Source: Chara braunii (lineage: Eukaryota > Plantae > Charophyceae). From it: DNA of 61,837 nucleotides. Position numbers and translations under genes: made by a program. Location of the stretch: the NCBI GenBank assembly GCA_003427395.1, contig BFEA01000018.1, positions 2,942,905 through 3,004,741 of the forward strand. Direction: 5' to 3'. The notes beneath the pieces were generated by a model. The model did not search any database, was not told where the DNA came from, and worked only from the letters and a program-made list of their open reading frames with translations. Of the stretch, positions 25,840 through 38,400 are shown piece by piece (within the stretch, counting starts at the first letter, position 1; every line of letters starts with the position of its first letter).

Positions 25840-26470
25840 GCGAAAGCCCGAGTCCCAGTGACGATTAGACCCAAAATGTACGGAACTCGGAAAATTATTG
25901 GCAATGGTAGAAGTAGCAGCATACTTTGCGTTCACCAGTTGAGATAGATGGCTTGGCCCCCCTGGTTGGTCTTGATAGGGGCTTCTGCATGCCGTCGTCC
26001 CTCCAATCCATCGCTAGGGATTAGGCTCAACCCTGAGGGGATGGGCTCAACCCTGAGGGGATACGCTAAACCTCTGAGGGGATAGGCTAAACCTCGAGGG
26101 GATGGTAGGCCGGGATATCTTAGGACAATTACTTGGGGGCCATTACATACTTTTGCGACTTAGCGTCCTAGTGAGAAAGGTCCCCGAGGGGATGGGCTCA
26201 ACCCTGAAAAGAGTAATTTATGTATGGTACATTGATACATAGACAAGAGTGTTTCACCAGAGACTTCAGGTAAGACTTCGAAGTACATTTCTGGTCCAGA
26301 TTGTGGGGCAACAGAAGTTGCATGACCAACGCAGCAGGGTTCACAGAGCTAGACATGTGAAAATCATGGCTGCAATTTCGCTCATGTCATTAAGACATTG
26401 ACACAGTACAATGTCCATTGATACCTGCAGCCATACGGAGGGAAGAACAGTGCTTTGCTCCCTCTATCCA

Positions 26471-26476
<6 letters not shown>

Positions 26477-26538
<62 letters not shown>

Positions 26539-26574
26539 NNNNNNNNNNNNNNNNNNNNNNNNNNNNNNNNNNNN

Positions 26575-26638
<64 letters not shown>

Positions 26639-26934
26639 GGGATCACACAGTAGTTAGTCTTATCCTTCCTGTCAGGTTTAGGGTTCACGAATTGCCGTGT
26701 CTGGGGACGATCTTCACATCATTGGTCCAATCAGGGCCGATGCCTTCGAGAACGTTTTTCGGGTGCTGGCCATCCCTTGAAAAATAATAGGCTGATTTTT
26801 CAATGTCGCTTCACCCCACCGGACAGGGCCTTGAGGTCTGGATACAAAACACCGCAGTTTTTTGGGGTGGCGGGTTTCATACAGGCCTGAGCACTTTCAA
26901 GCGCCCGTTTTGACGTGCTGCCACTGCCCATTGC

Positions 26935-27008
<74 letters not shown>
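26477..27008. repeat. (TC)n(CA)n and (AG)n microsatellites flanking ~300 bp
   Basis: Direct reading; small gap inside. Confidence 0.9.
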
Positions 27009-27009
<1 letters not shown>

Positions 27010-28564
27010 ATTAACTGTGCTGGCAGTCTGAAGACTCTGACGTTCTGAATTGGACTGCAAAGTTCAAACTTGTAAGTTAAGTTATGAACCTGAATCACAC
27101 AATTTAAAGTTCAAACTTCAAAGTCAATTACCCCTTTTTTTTCCTCTTTCTGTTTCTTTAGTCTTGTGCTTGCTTTGCACTCTTTGCAACACTGCATGTT
27201 TGCCAGTTGGATGTGCTTGTTGATTTGCTGCAAGACACGTGCTCTGCTGCCTGAATTACAAAGTGCAAAGCAGGTAAGTGCCTGTCAACAGCCCCCCCCT
27301 CCTCCTCGCCCGTTTTTTCTTCTTTTTTTTCTTCTTCGTGTTAAGACATTATGTACCCCCTAACACCGGTCCGGACTGTCCGGGTAAGGCGTTGTCCGGG
27401 TGTCTGGCGATGTCCGGATCACCGGACAGTCTGAACCGGTCCAGACACTGGTCTAGAAAATAGTCCGGGAGTGTCCAGTTTCTGGGTCTGCGGTTGGCAT
27501 GGTGAATTTGCCCTGAGTTTATTCTCATTATCATCACTTTCCACACACCACAATTTGTGTCATCACTCTGAAGAATGAGGTCAAAATGCCAGGTGAGCAG
27601 AGCAAACAGACGGTGAATCTATGCAAGTTGGGACACAACCGGGGCATAGTGCCTGACTGTGAGCACAAGTGAAGAAGATGAGAGGAGGGGAAGGAGAGGA
27701 GGAGAGGGGGAAGGAGAGCAGGCGGGGAGGGTGAAGAGGAACACGCATATTACACGAGGAGGAGATCATGGTCATGCTGGTCGAGAGGAAGCGGATAAGC
27801 TGCCATGGGGCTGCAACAGAGCTCATGGAATACATGCAATTTCATGATTAGTCCCACACTGTCAAACACCGCCACAAACTGTCACACGCTGTCACACACT
27901 GTCACACACTGTGTCATACTGTCATACACTCAGTCGCTGTCACTGTCACACTGTCACATGTTACATTGTCACACTGTCACACATGTGATTGAATTGGGTA
28001 ACAAGACTCGGCGGAGTACAAGATTTGATGGTGAGTGTGATCACAAGCTGCTGTCATCTTGATGAGGATGCATTAGGTGTCATAACCACACCACGTTCAT
28101 CAACAACTTCAAGTGTGAAAAAATGAGTAAAAAATACTATGTGTGACATTGTGACTAGCAATCAGGGCTATGGGTTGGGTTGGATTGGGTTGGTTGGCTG
28201 CGTTGTTTGTCACATGGTTATATTGTGGAACGACATTGTAACGGGCGATGGTCGTCCTTGACTTATTGCTTACATTGCGTACAAGATGTTAGACAGAACT
28301 AGGGCACATTCAGACCAAGGCTTTCTTTGATATCTGACCTGCATTGAGGCTAGATTCAGATGAGAAAGAAGAGATTCCAAGAAACACATCAATAAGGAAA
28401 ACAACTCTGCAGCTAGATCCTCCTCATTCATTAGCAACACAGAAAGCAAGCAATAAGAGAAAAAGAGGACAACAACTAAACACTGATGGCTCTCCTTAGC
28501 AGCCCTCTCCAATCTTTCCACGGATCAACATTATCCACTCTTCCCTCCACTGGGTAATGACACC

Positions 28565-28620
28565 TGGAGAAGAGCAAAGAGAAGGGACATCTAGATTTCC
28601 CTTCTCTTTGGTCTTCTCCA
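28565..28620. repeat. 56-bp near-perfect palindrome centred on CT|AG
   Basis: 28-bp arms, 26/28 complementary, no loop. Confidence 0.95.
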
Positions 28621-29009
28621 TTTCCCTCTTTTACATACACACGCGTATACACATAGACATATATGCATATAAAGCAATAAAGAGAGAAACAGACAGAGAG
28701 AGGGAAGGAGATATACACATGTACACACACGGACGCACATGTATTTTTTTGCATCTGTTTGATAGGCATACATATACATACACAGACATAAACATAGACA
28801 GCTGTGACATTTCACAACGGGAAAGCGTGAATCCAGTCTGCATTGCTGCGGAAGCCACGGCGACCGGGATTAAGCATTGTGTCGACTCGAACCCCAAAAA
28901 GAACACATGACTGATGGGAGTAGATTGACCAAGAAGATCACTTATTGCAAAATCGAGACCTGCAGAAACAGAAAAGAAAGGTGGAATCAGTATGTTTGTC
29001 GTACAAAAC

Positions 29010-32000
29010 CGCTAAAAAAACGACGGCTGAACCAAGGGGCCTGTCTCAAAGCTCCATTGTGTCTATGGTCACTCCACCGCGGACCCGGATCGTAGCAAAT
29101 TGTAGACAGTGCGTATGCAAATCCGGGAACTGGATGGAACAGCAAAAGGAAAAGCAAAAACAAACAATCGTGTTAGCTGCAATTGGTATCAGTTTTCTCA
29201 CGTGGACAGGGTTTGTACAGCGGCGCAAGACCGCGGTAAAAAGAGCAAATCATATAGCGCGGCAGAAAAGTATAGTTATTTTACACAGATGCGTCTAAAA
29301 GAACGCAGGCCTATGAGCATCCAACAAGGATGCGGTCTACAGCGGCGCAAGACCGAGGCAAAAACAACAAAACGCACGGAATAGTAGAAAAGCATAACTA
29401 TTGTACATGGAAAAAACGACAAGCGGAACGAAGAGTCTGACTGAAAACTCCATTGCGTCTATGATCATTCTGCTGTCAGTTCAGGCTACAGTAAACTGCA
29501 GATGGTGTCTATGCCAACCCGGAACAGCAAAAGGGAAAGTGAAAACAAACAAGCGTAGTGGCTGTATTTAGTACCAGCGGCGTGAGTGTCTTTGGGGCGC
29601 TGACGCTGTTCCCCGACCTCTTTCTTGATGCGCCAGCTTCGTCATGATCGTTGTGGACCGGCGTCTTCTGCACATTGTACACGCGCCATCACAACACCTT
29701 TCTCCTCCTTCATCATCTTCTTCCATAGATAGTAACCTTCGGATGAGACGAGAGACGGACTTGCAAGAGCCAACGTCCGCCCCCCGATTTTCGTCCCAGA
29801 CTTCTTCTTTCCTGCCTTTGCATTCATCGAGGTCGTCGTTGCCCTCTTCGTTGACTCAGACTGTCCACCACTAACATCCTTTCGTTTGTTGGAAGAGGGA
29901 GCCACCCCTGCATTTGGGAAAGCAGTAGAAGATGTGGCCGTTGTGAACGAGTTGGCAATAGACACCTTCTTGGTAGCAGATGTCGTGACAGCAGCTGATG
30001 AGGCAGCAGATGTTGACGTAGCAGCAAATGGTTTGGTAGCAAATGGCTTGGTAGTGAATGGATTGGCAGCAGATGATGCGGCCTAAGATGACTTGGCAGC
30101 AGATGAGGTGGCAGCAAAACGGAAGCACAACATGCAGCGGCGCAGGAGCGTGACAAAAAGAGCGCAGCACACGGTAGAGCAGTAAATGTAGCTATTTTAC
30201 ATCGACGAGTCTAAAAGAACACAGGGTTGCCGGGAGCACACGAGGCACAGTTGAAAGGCACAGCTATTGTGCATGGAGAAACGACGACCGGAACGAAGGG
30301 TCTGTTTGAAAACTCCATTACGCCACGCCACGGATGAACATCCCAAAACCCGCGCGAATGTCTAAGCATAGGTAAAATGAAAACAAACAAGCAATCCACA
30401 GTAGCTTCGTCATACAGAAAGCGTAAGCGCCAAACAAAACGTTCTGCGTATGCTGCTCTGGGAACGATACGAAATGGGGAAACGAAAGCAACAAGGGCAA
30501 ATCACACACCATGGCAGAAAAACGTTTACAGGGATGCGAGTAGCATGCAACCTCCGCTGGCTGGGTATCACAAAGACAGACGTGTGCCATCATCTGCCGA
30601 CGACCGTGGGCGAGTGGTCATCATTGCTAGGTTGCAGGCCAACATATGATGGAGCCATAGATCTCTCAAGAGCCTGAACACCAGCAGCGATTTCTTAAAA
30701 GGCGGACGGCATGCGGCGAAGCAAGCGGCGAAACTGCTAAAAAAACGACGGCTGAACCAAGGAGCCCGTCTCAAAGCTCCATTGTGCCTATGGTCACTCC
30801 ACTGCAGGCCCGGATCGCGGCGAATTGTAGACAGTGTGTATGCAAACCCTGGAACGGGCTGGAACAACAAAAGGAAAAGCAAAAACAAACAACAACGCTA
30901 GCTGCACTCGGTATCAATTTTCTCACGTGGACAGGGTTTGTACACCGGCGCAAGACCGCGGCAAAAAAAGTAAATCATACAGTACGGTAGAAAAGTGTAG
31001 ATTTTTTACACAGATGCGTCTAAAAGAACGCGGGCCGGTGATCATCCAACAAGGATGCGGTCTACAACGGCGCAAGACCGAGGCAAAAACAGCAAAACAC
31101 ATGGCGCAACAGAAAAGCATAGCTATTGTACATGGGAAAACGACAAGCGGAACGAAAAGTCTGACTGAACATTCCATTGCGTCCATGATCATTCTGTTGC
31201 GAGTTTAGGCCACAGTAAACTGCAGACGGTGTGTATGCCAACCCGGAACAGCACAAGGGAAAGCGAAAACAAGCAAGCGCAATGGCTGTATTTAGCACTA
31301 GCGACGAGAGTGCATTTGGCATGCTGGTGTTGCTCTCTGGCTTCTTTCTTGATGCGCCGGCGTCGTCACGATCGTCGTGGGCCGGCGTCTTCTGCACATT
31401 GTACACGCGCCATCACAACACCTCTCTCCTCCTTCATCATCTTCTTCCATAGATAGTAACCTTCAGACGAGACGAAATACGGACGTGCAAGAGCCATTGC
31501 CCGCCCCCTGATTTCCGTCCCAGACTTCTTCTTTCCCGACTTTGCATTCATCGAGGTCGCTGTTGTCTTCTTCATTGACTCAGACTGTCCATCACTAACA
31601 TCCTTCCGTTTGTTGGAAGAAGGAGCCGCCCCTGCATTTGGAAAAGCAGTAGAAGATGTGGCAGTTGTGAACGATTTGGCAACAAACACCTTCTTGGCAG
31701 TAGATGCCATGACAGCAGCTGATGGGGCAGCAGATGATGACGTAGCAGCAAACGGATTGGTAGCAAATGGCTTGGTGGCAAACGGATTGGCAACAGATGA
31801 TGTGGCCTAAGATGACTCTGCAGTAGACGAGGTAGCACAGCATGCAGCGGCGCAAGAGCGCGGCAAAAAAAGTGCAGTACACGGAAGAACAGAAAGTGTA
31901 GCTATTTTACATGAACGAGTCTAAAAGAACCCAGGGCTGCCGGGGGCACTTGCGGCACAGTTGAAAGGCACAACCATCGTGCATGGAGAAACGACAACCG

Positions 32001-32441
32001 GAACGAAGAGTCTGTTCGAAAACTCAATTATGCCGCGCCACGGATGAACGTCCGAAAACCCGCGCGAATGTCTAAGCGCAAAAGACAAAATGAAAACAAA
32101 CAAGCAATCTACAGTAGTTTCGTCATACAGAAAGTGCAAGCGCTAAACAAAACGTTTTGTGTATGCTGCTCCGGGAACGCAGCGAAACAGGGAAATGAAA
32201 GCAACAAGGGCAAATCACATGCTAAGACAGAAAGCCGTTCACAGAGATGCGAGCAGCATGCAGCTTCCGCTGGCTGGGTATCACAAGGACATACGTGCGC
32301 CATCACCCGCCGCCGACCATGGGTGAGCGGTCAGCATTGCCAGGTTGTAGGCCAACATGTGATGGAGGCATAGATCTCTCAAGAGCCTGAAGACCAGCAG
32401 CGGTTTCTTGAAAGGTGGACGACATGCGGCGAAGCAAGCGG
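29010..32441. repeat. two tandem ~1.72 kb units with internal sub-repeats
   Basis: GCTAAAAAAACGACGGCTGAACCAAGG at 29011 and 30736; colinear, diverged copies. Confidence 0.93.
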
Positions 32442-33016
32442 CGGTCGAAACCGTGGACTGCAGGAGCATAGATCTGACGAGGACTTGGAGGTCGATCATT
32501 CAGCGGCGCCGCTGCGCAAACGACTGGAGGTGTAACAGCCATGTGCTGAACATGTGTATTGAAGGTTGACATCGTTGGATTGCATGTATAACAGTGGCCC
32601 GTCGTACGACGAAACGTGATGCAAGAACCAATGGTAGGCATCGTGTCCCGCGACCTGCAGCCATAGACCACGACCCTATGGACGTAGGACATTATGGCAT
32701 GCTGCACGAGGCATGTGCCAGTCGCGAATGCCCCATGTACGCGGCCAACAGCTTGCTGTTCATCGACACCCAGGAGATATACATGTATAATACGTTTAGG
32801 ACGGCGACAACGAACAGCATGGTGCACCAGTAGACCGCATTCCTGAACAACACCGGTATAGCGAACAGATTGGTAGCGAATGTAGTCCTCGAGTTCTGAC
32901 AGAGTAGTATGCGTGACATGATGATGCACAGGAGGTTGCTGTTGAAGCGCCTGCAGTATTGGGATGTTTTCCATCGGGGTGTCTGCAACAACACAATGAC
33001 AAGTAGAATAGAGCAT
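32303..33016 (-). CDS. unknown family X, paralogue B (putative OB-fold ssDNA-binding domain)
   Basis: HTTLSELEDYIR..ECGLLVHH..IHVYLLG..HRVVVYG..MPTIGSCITFRRTTGHCY..FNTHVQHM aligns with 33670, 49257 and 56850. Confidence 0.6.
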   Translation of the reverse strand: MLYSTCHCVVADTPMENIPILQALQQQPPVHHHVTHTTLSELEDYIRYQSVRYTGVVQECGLLVHHAVRCRRPKRIIHVYLLGVDEQQAVGRVHGAFATGTCLVQHAIMSYVHRVVVYGCRSRDTMPTIGSCITFRRTTGHCYTCNPTMSTFNTHVQHMAVTPPVVCAAAPLNDRPPSPRQIYAPAVHGFDRRLLRRMSSTFQETAAGLQALERSMPPSHVGLQPGNADRSPMVGGG

Positions 33017-33669
33017 TTATTGTCAGGAAACGCACGTCAAAATAGGCTCTCCTCCGCCCGCCAAATTGGACACATGGCCGGCGTAGCTATATTGCAGACA
33101 ATTTCCAATCTTCACACAGCAGATCGGCTGTTATGAAATACGAACAACGAAAGTAATGAAATCTCAAAAAAAAAACAAAGAACAGATGACGAGTTGTCCA
33201 TTCCATGGCAGATCTGAGCCGGGGAAACGGTCGAGTTTCCCAAAGCAAGAAAGCCGAGTTGAAATTTCCAAAAGGAGCAAAATGAATAAGAGAGACGAAA
33301 AAGCGACCATAAGAAAGCTGTGTTCGGGGCACCTTTCGGTCCAGGCACAGCAATGACAACAAAGCTAAGAATAATGGTAGAGGATGAGAAAAGAGGAGGG
33401 TGACGAGGGCGCCCAGCCCGGGTCCGAACTCGGGAGAATGCAGGGAGCGTGGCAGAGCATTCGTTTCAGCAGCCGGCCACCGAAACCAGCATTAGGCAGT
33501 ACAATTCTGCCCGCGGCGTGGGGGAGGGGGGCCAGGGCGCTGTGTCCAGCGGGTCAGTGGCATGCACCCCGCGGGCGCGGTGGTCGTAATGGTTTGCATG
33601 GCAGTAAACAGTAACAAGCGTGAGAACTATGCGAGTGAACGTGTCTGCGTCTCACCTTATTCGAGCTTG

Positions 33670-34188
33670 TCACAGGTTGTCGGATCCATGTGGTTTGCTT
33701 GAGCGCCCCGTGTTCGGAGGGCCCCGGGGGGCATTCGTTTCGGCAAAAGTCGGCGCTGCACTAGGCTTGTCTGCCTCCGCAGGAATCAGGGGTTGCGGGG
33801 GCATAGTGCGCATGTTCGTGTTGAAACACGGTATGAACTGTTTGCCGAAATACTTGTGCCCTGTCGTGTGACCGAACGTGAGAATAGTCCCAACCTCTGG
33901 CAATGCGCATCTTTCGTTAAAGTCGTAGACAGTCCCTCGACGCAGAAGCGGCAAGATGTCATTCTGTGTTTCGCCATATGTGTTTGACAGAGTCCAATGC
34001 GCAGCTTGCACCGCATCTTCCTGGTCCATGTCTGCGAGCGTGATATCGAGCACGCACGTCTCACCCGCCCACCTCCAAAGATGGTGCACAAAGTATCCTT
34101 TTTCGATGATCTCTGCTGGCACCTTCGGCTTACCATTTTGTGTAGCCTCTTCTCTTCGCGCGGCCTCTTCTCTTATATACTCTTCCAT
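33670..34188 (-). CDS. unknown family X, paralogue A (putative OB fold); frame open upstream to about 34350
   Basis: HTSTLQMEEYIR..EKGYFVHH..LDITLAD..RRGTVYD..LPEVGTILTFGHTTGHKYFG..FNTNMRTM. Confidence 0.62.
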   Translation of the reverse strand: MEEYIREEAARREEATQNGKPKVPAEIIEKGYFVHHLWRWAGETCVLDITLADMDQEDAVQAAHWTLSNTYGETQNDILPLLRRGTVYDFNERCALPEVGTILTFGHTTGHKYFGKQFIPCFNTNMRTMPPQPLIPAEADKPSAAPTFAETNAPRGPPNTGRSSKPHGSDNL

Positions 34189-34437
34189 TTGCAGGGTGCT
34201 CGTGTGGATGATTTCGTTGCGTTTGACTCGTTTCTGCTCCCTGGTTTCATTTTGAATGCGTAGTCGCTCACGCAGGCAAGGCCGATCGCGTTTAAGTGGC
34301 GGGAGCGCTGCAGGCGCACTATCTCCAACGTTTTGGGAGGAAGCGATAATCTGGACACAAAATCACGTACGTAGTGTGAGCGTCGAAAAACAGACGCTGA
34401 ACAGGTGCCAAGAAAACCAGAAATGGCTTAGCGGAAA

Positions 34438-35238
34438 TCATGTTCTCCGCCGAGCGCAGCAGTAGGGTGGAAGAACGGGAAAACTTAAATGAGGGTGCGG
34501 AGTTATGGATTTCAGGACTTTGGTTATAAGTTCGTCGTGAATGAACGATCGATAAAAGCGTATGTCTTGTTGGCCGAAATTGTTTATAGGCAGGTGGGGA
34601 GGCCCGATCAACAAATGTCGAATCATAACCAGCATAAAAACACCACAATCATACGAGTTTGTTTGAGCAGGGCCTCGAATGTTGAAGCATTGTATGGTGG
34701 CAAGGGCATTGAAAGCATCAGAACGACGACACAACCATTGGCGCATGTTTCGAGAAAACACAGCGTTGGAGTGGCCAAGGTTATCATCGAAGAATAATTG
34801 TTGGTTGTTTATATCAATGTACCCAAGTGCCCAATGATTACCATGCATATGTAGAGGGAGGAAAAAATGTGCAAACGTAGACGCGAGTCTTGGATAGCAC
34901 CGAGTGTCAATGTTTTGGTCGGCGAACGAGAAGTCACCGCATGCGACGTCGTGGACGTATGTAAAACTGTTCGCGGCGAGCACCGATGGAAAAGTGTCCA
35001 TCAGCAAGTCCATATAGTCCCCAATAGGAATGTCACTAAGCCACGCTGTTCCATGGAGACTACAATATACACAGTCCGCCGTAAATTGCGACTTGCCGTG
35101 AGGCGGCGTCCAAGACACAACGGGAACAGATGAACAAACAGAGAATAGCAAAGGTTGCGGGTCGAGCTGCAATGATGGAATGTTTGTTGAAGCAGCAACG
35201 TCGCCTGCGTGCATCGGCGCGTGCGGCCGCTCGGCCAC
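34438..35238 (-). CDS. Ulp1/SENP-like C48 cysteine protease
   Basis: WLSD...FFLPLHMHGNHWAL...FFDDNLG...PAQTNSYDCGVFML: His, Asp, Gln and Cys all present. Confidence 0.9.
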   Translation of the reverse strand: MAERPHAPMHAGDVAASTNIPSLQLDPQPLLFSVCSSVPVVSWTPPHGKSQFTADCVYCSLHGTAWLSDIPIGDYMDLLMDTFPSVLAANSFTYVHDVACGDFSFADQNIDTRCYPRLASTFAHFFLPLHMHGNHWALGYIDINNQQLFFDDNLGHSNAVFSRNMRQWLCRRSDAFNALATIQCFNIRGPAQTNSYDCGVFMLVMIRHLLIGPPHLPINNFGQQDIRFYRSFIHDELITKVLKSITPHPHLSFPVLPPYCCARRRT

Positions 35239-35482
35239 CGAGGTTGTATGCTCGACGAGGGCATCGTTCGGGAGCCTGTCATCAGTGAGAGAGGAATCAG
35301 AGGTTTCACTTGAAGAAATGGCGATCCGAGGCCCCAGATAGGAAGGGAGAAGGCACGAACGTTTTTTAGGCTGCGGTTGTTCATGGGCAGATGGACAGAT
35401 AGAGAATGGCGAAGACCGTGGGTTCAGCTGTGATGGCAGAACAGTCGTCGAAACAGCAGGAGGGGTCGGTGTGCGTGATCAT

Positions 35483-38400
35483 TTACCTGCTGGGGTTGTC
35501 CAGTCTGCAAACGCGCCGTTCGGGGGTCCGATCGAAGGCTTCAAGTGGACGAGCGACGATCTGCGGCCTCGAAATGGAGGTAGAGCAAAAGGCCAGAGCA
35601 GGGGATAGGGTAAGATCCGAAAGTTTGTCAAGGCGCAATTGCTCACGGACAACAGATGGATTTGGCTGGAAAAAGGTTGCGAGGTCCTTTGTGAATGGCT
35701 TTAAAATTACCAAAGCAGAACGGTTGACAACACGGGAGACAATGATTTAACCCTGTTGCGGGACGTTGTGTTTTCGTTTGTGGCCAGCATTGGGGCGCGC
35801 TTTCCACTCGACGACAACGAGAGATGTCAATGTCTCTCCTTGGATCCTGTAGACGTTCGAAGCGACATCAGACACAAATGGAAATTGGAGAGGTCGCACG
35901 TGGCATGTTCTCTGGGGCATTCCTGCACCGGTCGGGAGGTCGACCTTCGCAAAGCCGTATGGCTGTTGTCTGAACGTCGGGTAAACATCCGAAGGCAGGG
36001 CGACAGAAAGCGCAGCAGGGAGCTGTTCGAATGCGGAACGATGGGGGACGCGCACAAGAGCGAGGTCCGGCGGGGAGCTAGGAAGCAGCACGCGAATGTT
36101 TGCATTCGTGTCATGGAACAGTGCAAACGTCGTATGTTCAGGGAACCATAAAGAGTACAGAACACCGTAGGTTCTATTTGCGATGCCTCGAGCGGGATCT
36201 ACGTTCTGGGTGAATAAAACCGACATCCCGGGTAGACGGTCAAGGAACGCAGCGAATCGTCTGAGTTTGTTGTCCGGCAATGACATTATGAATTGTATAT
36301 CATGCGGTTTTCTATTTTTGAATTTTGCGCCGAAGTCTGCCACGATGCGAACAGGTTGATGATCACAAGGCAGCAGTGCACACAACGTGCGCGTAAACGA
36401 ATGCAGTAGCTGTGTACGATTGTCGTTATCCGGGACAACGAAAACAGGGAAATGGCCACCTTTTGGATTGACAAAATTCCGGCGCAGGTCGGGGTTGATG
36501 TTTTCCAAAAGTCTACTGTTGATGATATCTATAAAATCGTTTTCCCATATGCCCCGCCTGGCGTTTTTACAGTGGCGGCCCCATTCGGGGTCTGATCTAA
36601 ACCGAACGGTCTCGGTTAGAACAACAACCGTGTCGAAGAGACGCCAAAGCTTGAATGCTTCGTGGTCGGCGGTCGTGTCTGCCTTATCCAATGAAGGATC
36701 AGAATACACCGGCGTGTTGTTAACAGGGGGAAGCTGGAAGAAGTCTCCCGTAGGCAAGATATGCACACGACCGAAGGGGATATCCAGCTTTCTGGCTGCG
36801 CGCAGAGCTTGGTCAAGTCGAAGGAATGCATCTTTGTCCGTCATGTTGAACTCATCGATGATGAGTAAATCTAGTTCTGGCGTGAAGCCGGGTATGCCTT
36901 TCAGCTGCGCCTGGCGACGTTCGAAACAGTAATCAGCTTTGAGGTTGTGCATCACGAACCAGCTATGGAATGTCACCCCGGCGATGGAAACTGCAGCTTT
37001 GCCAGTCATTGCAGTTTTGACAACGCTGTGTGGATGCTGCCATCTTTTAGCAAAGGCATCGATGGCAGCGATTACGTGGGATTTGTCGGTGCCACCCTCT
37101 CCGGTGAGGAACATGAGGAGCTGCTTTTTTTCAATTACACCGGCCATAGCTGCCAGCGGCATCGGCGTAGGTATGTCTTCAGCTGTCGTTTTGGAGAGTC
37201 AGGTCCTGAGAAGGGAATCAGCCAAAAGAGAGAAAGCAAGGTGTTGTTTGCGATTGAGCGAGAACTGCACCGAGACATCAGAGATTGTAGGGAACAAGGA
37301 GTCGGGCGGTGAAGAGGGCTTTGTGGTGGGATTGTTAGCGAACTCCTTATTCCAAGGCTGAAGCGCGTTTGTGATCAGGCGGAGACGAGTGGGCCGAGGC
37401 AGCTAATGCCAGGCGTCGGGGACAGCACCGACATCTTCTACCAGAGGCGGCGCTGCTTTTGCCCAAGCGTGGATAGTGTTAAGATCGCCAATGGTTTGTC
37501 TCAGGAAACAGTTGGTCGATGATAAGTCGCCTGGGGCGAAGCTCTTACACATATCCAGTGCGATTGTTGCGCAGGATGTCATCAATTCAGACGACAAACC
37601 TGACGCATAGCCATCAGCTATCATTGACACGATTATGGCATTGTCCACGCGACCCGGCTCCACGCTATTTTGTGAGTCAGTGTCAGAAGGAGGACACATT
37701 GGTATAGATGCGTTCGATGAGCTATTAGGCATCCCACCCGAGGAGGCTGCATAGAGAACGCTTGCAGTTTGATCGGACGCTCTTTGATTACGCATTTCTG
37801 CTGCACGTTCTCATGCGACATGGTAGTCTTGCATTTGTAGGTAAATGGCGCATAGAAATGCAGGCATCTGTTCGTAGAATGAAAGGAAAGCATCATGCCA
37901 TGTGTTGCTGGGCGTAACTAAATCCGTCAGAATCCGAAAGGGTTTGAATAGCAAAAGTGACAGTTGCGCGTGCAAAGTTTTGGCTGCATCGTCGTTGCAT
38001 ATTCTGAGATCAGGAACGCGTGTAGAATAAGGCACGACAGGGATTGCGGGAAGTCTCTTGCGTGCCAATGCTTTGCGCTTATACAACGGATGGTTTCGAA
38101 GGAAGCTGCCATCGGTTTTGGAGGCAGCTGATTTCGTACAAGTGTAAAAATGCATCGTGAATTCGTAAAGAGACAGATGCGTCAATGCCAATGGTCGGAA
38201 AACGTAATCATCCAAAGGTCGTTTCACAGCAAAGCCCGCAGGCGCTCTCTCCAGCGAACACAAAGTGCCGGGATCATTTTGCAGCTGTTTCAGCATGTGA
38301 AAAAGAGGGAGTGTTTTGAAACCGTGGCTAAGATACACGCACGACTGCCGTAGCAGATATAGTGCACATAATGGGCCAGCGGTTTCTTGTTTGTTCGTTA

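Noticed and set aside
27360-27480. CCGGAC-rich cluster resembling hAT subterminal repeats
   Set aside because: No TIR pair, 8-bp TSD or transposase could be identified.
29010-32441. CRISPR-like repeat-spacer array
   Set aside because: Modules are long, diverged and irregularly spaced; no cas genes; eukaryotic context.
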